Part shown: piece by piece, positions 32,601 to 45,000 of the stretch | Numbering within the stretch: position 1 is the stretch's first letter | How the letters are laid out: every line of letters starts with the position of its first letter | NCBI GenBank assembly: GCA_964106645.2 | Contig: OZ067045.1 | DNA: 64,000 nucleotides | Strand: one strand, 5' to 3' | Source of the DNA: Podarcis pityusensis | Taxonomy: Eukaryota | Notes under the pieces: generated by a model | What the model was told of the DNA's origin: nothing | Databases searched by the model: none | What the model saw: the letters and a program-made list of their open reading frames with translations, nothing else | Made by a program: the position numbers and the translations under genes

Positions 32601-35600
32601 GTTCCAACAGTGAATGCCCCAGTTGTGGCGCTCCTATCAGGCATCGTATTATCTAAGGACAATGACATGTCTCTTTAGGACATAGTGAAAAGACCAAAGG
32701 GGCACTTAATGGGTCCCATGAGGCTTCTGCACTGGTTCTCTAGGCTGCTTCCACTGGTGCTCCTTTTCCCAGGGCATCCCTCCCAAGGCTGGAAGAATTA
32801 ATTCAAAACAAAGAGCTTAATGACAGAACCTTACATAGGCTGCTAGGAGGAGATCTCTCTCTGCTCACGTGGAAATCTTCATCTATATTCACAAGGCACC
32901 ATGAAGTAGACATCTTCACCTCTTCAGGGAGAGCTTTTGTCAGGAGTGGGCTTCAGCATGTCTTCCCACAGAAATTTCAGCTATAAGCACCGTGATTGGA
33001 TTTACCCGACAGTTAGGTTAGCTAGGACATTATCACATCAGTAATGGATGCTTCTTTTACACCAAATTTTATGTACTCACTGTGGATTTTCTTTTTGGCT
33101 TGGAGTGAACGAGGCATCTGCGCCACAGCCTGGTGAGTCAGTGCACATTCATACAAACCATGCAGGATAGGACTTCCTTGAAGACCTTAAAATGCAAGTC
33201 CCCTGTCTTGTCTGGAGGGATTAGCCCCTTAGTAATCAATGCCTCATACACCCCAAACCAGAAAAAACATTCACTGTGAGTGCCCAGTGTTCCTTTGCAA
33301 ACACTAAAATACCATTGCTTACATTTTCCAGAATAACCTGAAAACTGGTGGCTTCTTTAGCAGGCTTGGGAAGCTCTTCCTTCACGTACTCTTAGTGCTG
33401 TGCTTGACATTTCTTGTAAATAATTTTATTAAGGTGAGTAAATCCTTTTTTTTCTATCTTTTTTCCAATTGAATCTGTATAGTATCTTGTTCAATATGTA
33501 TAACAGATTTACAGTGCAATACTATGTTTTTCACATATTATATGCATTGGTTTGTAACCTTAAATGGCTTTATGTGCAAATTCATAGTGAGTTTGTAAAG
33601 AAATTTTGTTTCTTATTTGTCTGTACAACAGACAAAATTGAATTTAGCATTCCAAATGTGTTCTGCTTTTGCAAATGCTTTGCTTTTCCCTAACATTGTA
33701 TAGCTACACACACAAATGGAATATGTAGCTTTACATTTGGGATGCCTAAATATACAATGAACTTCAACTACATGCCCATGTTCTGCTTTCTTCTTTTCAC
33801 ATCCTTCCTCAGTCAGTTTAAACCAGGGGTGGGATACTGGGTCCAGCCAGAGGATGGATCTCGAACTTGCCCCCTCTCTGCACACCTACCTGTCAGTCAC
33901 CTGATCTAATATGATGCTGGGCTATTTAAATTTCAACTCACAGGAACAATCACAGATTTAAACCACCTAACAAACAACGTTTACACCAGCAATGGGGAAC
34001 CTCTGGCCCACTGGTACTACAACACTAAGATTGGAGATGTGTCTCTATCAGGGATCAAGCAGAGGCTTATAGCTGATCTCAGTGCTCTGGAATACAATTT
34101 TAAGAAAAACCAAAGGGGGGGAAAGTGGCACTTGTGAAATGTTGTGATGGTGATGGCAGAGTTGTCTTCACAACTAAAAGAAAGTAATAACTTTTATTTT
34201 CTCTCTTCGCAGAAAGTTCTTAATCTGGAGTCAGATGAGCATATATTTAAATTTCTGAAGGCAAAGTTTGGATTTGGAGCAACAAGGTATGGTATTGTTC
34301 AGAGTTCAAAACAAAATTGTTTTCCTCTAGTTTTTTGGCATGGGAGGGACCCAAATTTCTAGTAAACAGGTTTACTAGCCAACCTGTGCCGTAAGACCGG
34401 CAGTGGAGGCTCTTCAGGTTGTCCCATTGGCAGGGATGGTGAGACAGAATAGGGTTTTCTCTGTGATGCTGCCCAGTGATAGAATACCCCATCCCTAAAG
34501 GTTGGTTACCCTCTATGTTGATGGACTTCCAGCACAAAATACTTGTTCTATTTCACTTTTGGTGGTACTGAAACCAGGGTTTCAGAATTTGGGGGGCATT
34601 ACGTCCACTGCTGTAGTTTAATCTGATTTATTGCTTTGTTTGAAAAACCCAGGGATTTGTTTGAATGAAGGGCAAGTTAGAAATGCAACAAATAGCAATA
34701 AGGCAGCATGTGCTCTTGCTTGTAAATTCTGAGTTGTAGTTACTGATCTTGCTTGAGCACTTTCTAACATGCAACTTTAGGACTAATTTTCTTAGATTTT
34801 TAAAAACGCACACATTATGCCAATAACTTTGCAATGTTGACTTGTCTTCATTTTCTTTAGAGATTTTGATGCTAACCTGTACCTGTGTGAGGAAGCTTTT
34901 GGTCTCTTGCCTTTTAATACTTTCACAAGACTTTCGGGCACTTTAGTTTTCTATGCCTATATATTTGTGCTCTTGGTGATGACCATAACATCTGCTGTGG
35001 TTGCTTTTCAAAATCTCAGGTATGTCTGTTTCTATCTTGCAGGATTATGTTTTCAGTGCAGGGGGTCTTTTTCCTTTCTTGTTGATAAGAAGAGGAAGAC
35101 ATGAACAGAGTCATAGTTCAGCATCAGGGCATGCTTGCCTCAGATTTGAGCCAATTATCTAAGAGAGAATTGGTTTTCTGAACCCAAGATATATAACTCT
35201 GGCAGTGGCAGCCTCAGTTTTTAAAATGATGTGTATATTGGCTAGTTCACTTGCTGAAGCATGTCACTGTAGCAAGGTTTGGTTACTGATGCATTTCAGG
35301 CCAGTAGTCAGCACAGTCCAGAAACCACAACAAATTTAATGCTGCTCGAGTAGAGTTAATAAGGCCTAGTTTCCAGTGAGGCAGTAAACTTGTGTCTTTG
35401 CTATACCACTTAAGCCAACAGATGCCCATCACATAACAAAATATTCCTACACACACACACACACACACACACACATCCTTCCAATGAAACATTGCATGTT
35501 AGAGAGAACATAGCCTTATACAGTGGTACCTCAGGTTAAGTACTTAATTCGTTCCGGAGGTCCGTACTTAACCTGAAACTGTTCTTAACCTGAAGCACCA

Positions 35601-36047
35601 CTTTACCAAATGTGGCCTCCTGCTGCCGCCGCGCCTCTAGAACATGATTTCTGTTCTCATCCTGAAGCAAAGTTCTTAACCTGAAGCACTATTTCTGGGT
35701 TAGCAGAGTCTGTAACCTGAAGCGTATGTATCCTGAGGTACCACTGTACTGAGCTAGACCATTGGTCCATCAAACTCATTGTTGCCTCTCCCCTGACTGA
35801 CAGCAGCTCTCGGTGGAATTTATGCTCACAGCAAACAACAACTTTAATTACCAGGAAAAATAGATCATTTTTGCTCCCAACCTCATAGGCCACTTTTGGA
35901 TATTTTGCAATGGTATGCAGAATTGTTGGTCATTTTCTGTGGATTTATTCATTTGACTTTTGTTACAAAAGTGATTCACCTGGGCAGGGGGAAATCTACT
36001 GGAACCCAAGTAAAAATGACCAAGTAAATGGAGATAGATAGATAGAT

Positions 36048-36090
<43 letters not shown>

Positions 36091-39000
36091 GATAGATAGA
36101 TGATAGATATTGTAGAGAAGGTGGCTCTGTAGAACTGGATTCTCATCTGGGAAACTTTTGTCAGCTTTATCCCAACACTTGCTAATTCCTAGTAGCAGCT
36201 GAGACCAGTATTTTGTGTAAAACCAGGGGAGTACTCCTAACTGCAAATTTGGTATTAGCTGTCAACCATCTGTTTCCACACACCCCTCCTCAAACATTTA
36301 TGTTTCATTTGTAGTATTATGATGTGCAAATAAAATTATTTGTTTTTCATATTTATTTCACTCATGTTCCACTGTTTGCCAGTCCAGCTTGAAAGCAGAA
36401 AATCTTGCACAGGGGAATATTTAAAGCACTCGGCAAGCATGAAAAATCTATTAGTATTGCCTTAGAATGTTTTATTTTCCCTGGAACCAGGAGGTTCCTT
36501 TGAACTGCATACAAATGTCCTGTTTTAAAATAACGTATTGCTAATGTAGCCGTGCTCCTTTTCTTTTGTTTCCCTCTCACTCAGTGACTCTGTGAACAAC
36601 AAACCTGCGGATAAACTGCAAAAGTGCATAACTCTGCTGAAACCAGGTGTTGCTTACAATTTAGTGCACACCATTCTGTTTGGATTGCTGGCTTTGAGCA
36701 CAATGAGGTACCCTTTATCTGACACATCATACATATTGGGCACTGGATATTACATGTGGAGTATAAAGTACCATATAAAATAGACTATAAATTCCTATTC
36801 GGTCTGTTTACCTTACTTTTTCCCCATAACATATGTCCCAGTTATGAAATAAAATTGTCCTGTGGAAACTGGACTCAAACTAGGATACAGAGGGATTTTA
36901 CTTCCAGCTCTATTTGATGAGCTGCCAGAACTGATTTTCAAAAAAATTATCTTTGTAGGTGCTTTAAGATACTGAATATTCTGGAAGTAAAATAAAGTTA
37001 TTTTTTAAAGTATGTATGCTATTACAGATTACATTATCTATATACTATTACTGTTCAACTTGCCTCCACATTCTGCATTTTCTTTCTTTCTTTTCATCTT
37101 GCAGGATGAAATATCTTTGGACTTCCCACATATGTGTGTTTGCAGCTTCTGGTCTGTGCAGTTGTGACATGTGGGGGCTGATCTTGAGATTTGTCCATCT
37201 TTACACACCGCAAAGGGTTAGTTAGAGCTGTTACATGCTATTGCTTTGCTTGTTTTCATTGATGTGTGAAAAATCCAGTTCTTTAAGGGGTAGCCTGAGG
37301 TGAACCACCACACGCTTAAAACAGATTTGCAGTACGCTGGAGGGAAAGTGTTTAGATTTATATATGGTTTAATCTGGAATTCAGGGTGCATTTTGGGAGT
37401 GTAACTTATTAAAGGAATTCTATTTAAGTCCACTAGATGGTGATGTTGCAGAAGCTATGGAATGCATTTTTTAAAAAAAATAACACTTTTCATGAAAAAT
37501 CAAAGTGACAACAGTATATAATTTTTCACATATAGCCCAATACAATATTTTGCGCTTCACAGAAGCTAAATTAATACACAGTATTTTGTTAAAGTTCTTA
37601 ATGGAATTACTTTTAGAGAAGGAAATTGCTAACACAAAGAGGCTCTTTGACCTAAAAATGCAATTTGTGAAGCAGCTCCTGTTGTCTCTGTTCTCAGAAT
37701 TTGTTGATCATTCATTGACAGTGTTTTATTTCAGTAAATGTAATTGTTGTTGTTTTCTGCCTAGGTATCTGTGATTAGATATCTGACACCAGTACTCATA
37801 TTACTGTATCTTTGTTACAAGGTAGGGCTCTTTGTTAGTCTGTATCTTTCTTTTAAGAAAAAGTACTTTTAGAAAATAAGGAAAATTTATCAGCCACTAA
37901 GAGCCATTTCTCCCTATTACATTTGTCCATGAGAGATATACTGCCATGCGGAGAAAGGTCACAGTCCACCAATGGTATGCACAGAAGTAGACTCCGTGAT
38001 CATGGCTGCACTTTTGCCAGAGACGGCTGCCAGATTGCCATGTGTACCACACCCTGCTCACATTAACTTTCCTTCACACTGTCAAGTACAGGCTAGTTTC
38101 CCACAGGCATCTGGTTGGCCACTGTGAGAACAGGATGCTGGACTAGGTGGACCATTGGCCTGATCCAGCAGGCTATTCTTACATTCTTACCTATGTACAT
38201 GAGAAAATCATTTATGTGAATTATGTTACACTAGGAATATTTTCCCCTCATCTCATATATCAGGAAATCAAACCACCCATCAGCTCCCTGATTTCTATGC
38301 CGATATTTTTTTTAATATATGAAGTCACACTTCCTTATACAATAATTTCTATCAATGAAGACATAACTTGAAAAAGAGCTGTGAAAATAATAGTATTCAT
38401 AACCAACCTGACTCTGTAGCGGAATGGCATTTTCTTTACACCTGTGGAAGGAGACCTGTGATAATATATTCTGTATACCGGTCGTTGGTCCAGTTAAACC
38501 CTGTTACCTCCTTTGAACAGTACATTTTTGCAGATATGGCATTTACAAGTTACACTTTCATAAAAGTGAAACTGAAAACCACATTCTGTTGACATCATAA
38601 AATGTGGCACCTTTATTAACTTTACCTGGGCCCAGAGACTGGTCCCAAGGACCTGCACTCTGGCTTCCTGGGAAGAACCATCAGATTGCCAGGTACCATG
38701 GATAGGGCTTTTCAGTGTTGGACCCACATCTTTGCGAGTTCCCTCCCACACAAGGTTCATTTAGAGTGGACCCTCATTGGTGGCTTTTAAGTACCACTTT
38801 TAAAAAACTCAGCCTTTTATCCTTATTTGACGTTGTTTCAGTTGCTCCTGTTTTAGTTGTTTGATATTTATTATTTATTAATAGTTTATTATTAATTGCT
38901 GTAAACCACCTTGTGAAGGTTTTGCCCTAAAGACAACTTCTCTAGTCAGACTGCCCCCTCTCCTAACTCCAGGCCACATTTACATTTTATGTCATTTATT

Positions 39001-42000
39001 TTAGTATTTTAAAATATATACACACACACACAAAAAAAAATCTGGATACAAATACATTAAACAAATAAATCTCATTGCTATCATTGGATAAATATTTACA
39101 AGGATAATTAAACATATAACTTACATTCTGCAAGAATTGTTTTGTTTTCTGAACCTGTAGGTTTTTTCTTTTTTTTATATAATATTTTTATTAATTTTCA
39201 CCAATAGTAAAATAGATAAACGTATCAACTTAACAAATTTTGTCATTTTTGGACTTCCATCAGTCATTCTGACAATCATCCGAATTAAAATTTTTAGTTA
39301 CACATTTCCTGAGTTTCCTATTGCCTTTTAACATACCCATCCACACCTGTTTTTCTTTCTTACAATTCTTTAAATGCCACTAACGTTATTTCATTATCAC
39401 TTATACCTCCCCAATACTCGACTAATTTTCCCCAGTCCTCGATAAACTTTTGATCTCGTTGGTATCTGATCTTCCCTGTCATTTTATCAAGTTCTGCATA
39501 GTCCATCAGCTTCATTCTCCACTCCTCCAAAGTAGGTACTTGTTCCTGTTTCCATCTCTGGGCCAATAATATTCTTGCCGCTGTTACTGCATATTGGAAA
39601 AGTTTACAGTCCTTTCTGTTTATTTCATTTCCTATGATTCCTAAAAGGAAAGCCTCTGGTTTCTTAGCAAATGTATATTTCAACATTTTTTTCAATTCTT
39701 TATATATCAATTCCCAGAAGCTCTTCACTTTCTTGCATTCCCACCACATATGATAAAAGGTACCATCCTTTTCTTTACATTTCCAACATTTCTTACATGT
39801 TTTATACATTTTTGCAAGTTTTACCGGTGTAATGTACCATCTATAAATCATTTTCATAACATTTTCCTTTAACGCAGTACATGCAGTAAACTTAATGTTT
39901 TCATTCCATAATTTAATCCAATCTTTAAATTGTATATTGTAGCCAAAATCTCTGGCCCATTGTATCATGACAGAGAACCTGTAGGTTTTTTCAATACTCA
40001 GTTGAAAGGCTCATTGCAAATATACTCTGTTTGCTACGTATGAGCCATTTTTAAAGCAACAAATGTTCACTGTAGTACTCTTTACTGATTGGTGTTTTAC
40101 TTCACTACACTTTTAAAAATAGAAACTGCTGCAAGATGTGTCTTTTTTTATTTTTAGCTCTCGCTTGAAAGCAAATGGTGGCAGATACCAACTTTTATGC
40201 ATAGATCTCTAAAGATTATGTCATGCGGCACCAGGCTTCATACTGGCTGATGAGTGCAAAGGTTGCCCTCTCTCTTCTCAATAAGCAGACCAACTAGTGC
40301 TGTCAGCTCTGACAGCCTTAATCAGCTCTGCTGGGGGAGACAGAAGGGTATGCCTCAATTTAGTCCTACCCAGACCCCTTCCAACTGGTGATCAAATCTG
40401 ACCAGCTCAGTCATATTTTTATGCACATCAAAGCAACGTGCATAGAACCTGGGGCACTGGGTGCCCTTTCTGTCACCTGCCTGTGGGTTCCCCTCTGCAT
40501 CACCTTCCCATGGAGGCAGAGGCAGAGGCAGAAGACCTCTCATATCATCAAAACCTTTCTCTACACTCCCTGAATCCCCTCCAGTTTTTGCACAAGCAGT
40601 TCCAGTTAGTTATGTCCTGAAACTCTTTGTAAGTAGCATCTCGTTTTCAGTAAGTAGGTTGAACTATCTTCTGTGGATACATTTTTTCCCAAGCAAAATA
40701 TACATTAGCTTCTCTCCTCCCAAACCTGTGGTGGTTTTGGGGGGGATTATAACCTAATCTCGAATAAGCTAATGAAAGCTTCTTTAGAGACATGTGGTTG
40801 CTGTAAGTCCAGATACGTTGCTTGAAATATTTATTTGTTCAACTTCAACTGTGGCTGTTTGTTTAACCCTTTCCCTGCTCCCTATTTTCCTGCTCCCATA
40901 CAAACACACATTCCAACCATCTCCTTTTCTCTATGTGACATTCTGGACGTCCTTTTGCCCTTGCAAACACACACCTGAAACCTCACGGGGAGAAACATGG
41001 CTTCTGGGGGTGAAAAGCGACAGGCAAGGAAGTGGATGAAATATCCCCCACTGACCTCCCTCTTGCCACCATGCTTTCCGTAAACAAAGCAGCCAGTGAG
41101 GAGGGGGAAGGTTTCAAAATTAGTTCATTTTTTGGGGTGGGAGGAGGGGTTGTCCTGTTACTTGCTGTCATGGAAAATCACTTTTCCTTCAAGTGGCTGG
41201 TGATTTGTGAGATCTGTTTTTGGACACAATGAACAGAACACCATCTTCACTTGCAGTACATCTTGTTGCAGCCTCCCAGCTTACTGTTCTTTGTGTAGGC
41301 CTGCTTTAGTCCAAACCGTTCCCATTTGTAATGTTTTAAAACACAAGGCAGCTGCTGCTGAGCAGAGCACAAAACCTACTTCTTCGTATGACTGGGAGAT
41401 CAGTCAGGTTTTCCCACTCATTCTCTAAAAGCAGCCATTTCTAACTGCTACAGAATTGAGCTCCATCCCAGTATCTGACATGTGGATTATTCTCTGTACT
41501 CCCCCCCCCCCCCCCGGTGTGGTTTTTCTTCTAGTTCTGGCCTGGTGTGATGGCTGAGCTGTCAGAGCTGAGGGAATTCTATGACCCAGACACAGTGGAG
41601 CTGATGAACTGGATTAAGTAAGAGGATTTTTACTTTATTTAAATTAGATGCTCTTTAGAGTTAGCTGATGTTCTTAGTGTTGCTGCTCTCTGGTTCCATC
41701 GGTGACCTATATTGACCAATTCCAGAAAGCAGGCAATGTAACACGGAGAAGCTTTTGGCCTGTGGTTAGTGATTTTGTTGCAATCACTGTGCACAATTCC
41801 TCTTGACTACAGCAACTTCTTATAGTTTTTGGCTAGAACATTGATGGCCAGCTTCATCATCATGGGTGGCTGGAATCTCCCAGGCAAGGTGTTTGGAGGC
41901 TTGAACCTACACACTCCACTGCATGGTAGCAACTGTCTCAAGAACCTTCCCAGATGGGTCAAGCCCTACTCATCTCTTGCCCTCCACAACTAAACAACAT

Positions 42001-45000
42001 GGTAGGCACCACTTCCAGTACAAAGAAAAGATATTTCAGAAGATTTTCACAGGTGCTTAAGTAATGTTCTCTCACTGTGTGCTGGGAGGAAGTACCTAAC
42101 ATGTTATTCAGCTTGGGTGGGGTGGGGAGCTATACCCATTCCAGCAAGGCTTCCTGCAGTTGATGCCATTATGGAGCATCAGAATGTGTGTGGGGGGGGG
42201 GGAGGCTAAAGCCCTCCTGCACCTTGGCTTGGAGAGTCCAGTCCTTCCCCCACCCCAACTGCTATGTTGGAAATGGCCCCCAACCTGGCACCAGAGAGAG
42301 GCATTTGGAGACCACAAGATATGGCTGGATGTGACCTGTGGGCCTCCTGTTTCGTTTATCCTTGACCTATAGCTTCCTCTATAAAAAGTGGTGCTGCAGG
42401 GGTGGAAGACTTCGTCAGTTAGCGGGATATGTTTGCCTCTTGCAGCACTGCATTGCTGCTTCTTTTTTTACCTTTTTTCCCTCTTTTTTTGGGTAGGGTT
42501 AACAGACAGTGTAATTATTCATGAGTAAATAGGTAATATAAATCTTCACCACCATTGTGAATGCAGACCAAAGTCATCTCCATCCCTTTGCTACCATATT
42601 GACATGTTCTCATGACTAATGTTCACCAGCCAGGGGTCTTTAGTACCACTTCTGTATTAAGAGATGCTAAATGTTTGATAGCCCTGGTCTCTGGAGTACA
42701 ATATGCAGTGTTTTATATATAGATTTATACATAAAATATACATGGGGCTTTGGTTTCAGCCACAAACTGGATTTGACTGGTTGCAATGAGAGCAATTTTT
42801 CACACAAGCCCAGAGCAGAGAATACTAAACTGCTGCTTATCCTCTTTTCCTTTTAAATCATGACAGACACTTTTTTTGTTGTTTGCTACTTGGAATTTAT
42901 TGTGTCAAAGAGCGAATGTTATGCACGTAAGGAGAAGTTAATTACTTTTGCATTAACAGCAGTCGACAACCAATTTATGCCTTGCACCTGAAACTGGGAC
43001 TGATATGTTCTTGCCTTGTAAGCTCCTGGTGTCAGAAATGATTCAGTCATTATTCATTTGGCCCCTTTAAAAGTTCAGCTGAACTTCATCTCATTCAGGG
43101 TTTTCTGCATAGGATAACTTTTTTTGTTTTGTTTTGGCTTGCAGTTTTCTGCCTCAGAAAGGTTTTGAAAGCCAAATTTATCATTACGGACCATCAGGCT
43201 TTCTTAAGAAGGTGTTATCTGAAAGGGGGTGTGCTATTCAATATACAGTGAATTGTGCTGCATGCTGTACATCATGTTTTATTCCCGTTCTTGTACAGTA
43301 GTGGACTGGAGCCTTAGGACCCTTGACCACCTTGCTTCCATATTCCTATCTCCTTTACCTCCCAGTTCATGTTGTAACTGTCAGTTCCTCTCTCTCTCTC
43401 TGTGTGTCTGTGTGTCTAATGTATTATGGAAGTTTTGCACAATGCTGCTCTTGCACAAAAGCTCTGAATTAAAAACTTAAATAAAACAATTAAAAGATTG
43501 ATTTATGATCTGCAAATGTGCCTTCATTCCCAATTCATGTTTGGCTGTGGATTACTGTTTGTATTTTTAAATTATTGTTTTTATACAGAGGTTTTGTGCA
43601 AGAGCAGTCTTGCCAAACCTTCATATTAAAAAACAAACACAAAAAAGAGGTTGATTTATGTTCTGCAAACGTGCCCCCAGTGTGCAGCAATTGGAAATAA
43701 GCATCATTTTGTCCAATGAAGGAACAAATGCCTTCTGTACCTGCTGGTTCTTCCTGAGGGGACAGTTTTATTTTTAATACAACTGTTTTGTGCAAGAGCA
43801 GTTTTGCACAAAACAGCTGCTTTTTTAAAAAAGGGAAATATAGCATAAAGGTGCTTTCAGCTTCAACCAGAAGAAGCAGGTGTATGCTGCATCCTTTTGT
43901 TTGGGCTAATGGAACTAAAATGGATAGGTTGTGCTGAAATGAGGAACAAAGTAGGGGTGTGTGGCAGTGGGCAGCACTCAGTCAAACTTCTAACCCCCAT
44001 AAAAATTGGCTTTTCTAAAAAGTGCTTCCTGGTACAGTGGTACCTCGGGTTAAGTACTTAATTTGTTCCGGAGGTCCGTTCTTAACCTGAAACTGTTCTT
44101 AACCTGAAGCACCACTTCAGCTAATGTGGCCTCCCGCTGCCACCGCGCTGCCGGAGCACGATTTCTGTTCTCATCCTGAAGCAAAGTTCTTAACCCGAGG
44201 TACTATTTCTGGATTAGCGGAGTCTGTAACCTGAAGCGTATGTAACCTGAAGTGTATGTAACCCAAGGTACCACTGTATCTTCCTGTTCTTTGTTACTTT
44301 ACACCTTGAAGCTGCATCAGCGGCCATCCTAATTCTCTAGAAGTCTCAAAGTTCTGACATTTCTAATATTGCATTTAGAAGTGTCTTGTAGATACATTAT
44401 TTGCAGCACTAAGCTCTAAAGTGGAGGAGCTCAAAATGTGCATAAAATGTTCATAATATATCTCTTCTGATTTGACCATCAAATAAATCTTCCTCTTTAA
44501 GCATGACTTTTTGCTTTGAATTTTCCTAGAATCTTAAGCAGGGTTCTTTCCACCCACCTTCCTCCAAAATCGTACATGGAGCCCTGTAATTCCCATTAAA
44601 GCTTTCTGTTGTAAATGAGTTATTTTGTAGTAATCCTATAATTCTTAAAAGTGTAGATAAAGCAGAGGTTCCCATTTTGTATTATAGTGCTCAGTTTACC
44701 CCATTAGTTCAGCAGTAATTAACTTGTTGAAGCTTAGAGCTTCAAAAATAAATGAGATTATTTGTTCAAAATGCCATCAGGTCCGCTTGGAATGACATTT
44801 AAATTACATAATGTAAATCAGTTTGACCTGTAAGTCCTTGTCATTATTTAGTGACATTTCTTGCAGAATAAATTGTTTGCAGGTTGGGCAGCCCGGTTAT
44901 GGAGCTTGGCAGAAACCTATAAAAACAAATTATGCTTTCATTTTATACATCATTTGTTCAGACATTTGTAAAAATTGCTTCGTTTTTCCATAATGGAAAA

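Noticed and set aside
39360-39968. 202-aa ORF as a nested host gene
   Set aside because: It is the ORF2 C-terminus of a truncated LINE, bounded by a TSD and poly-A.
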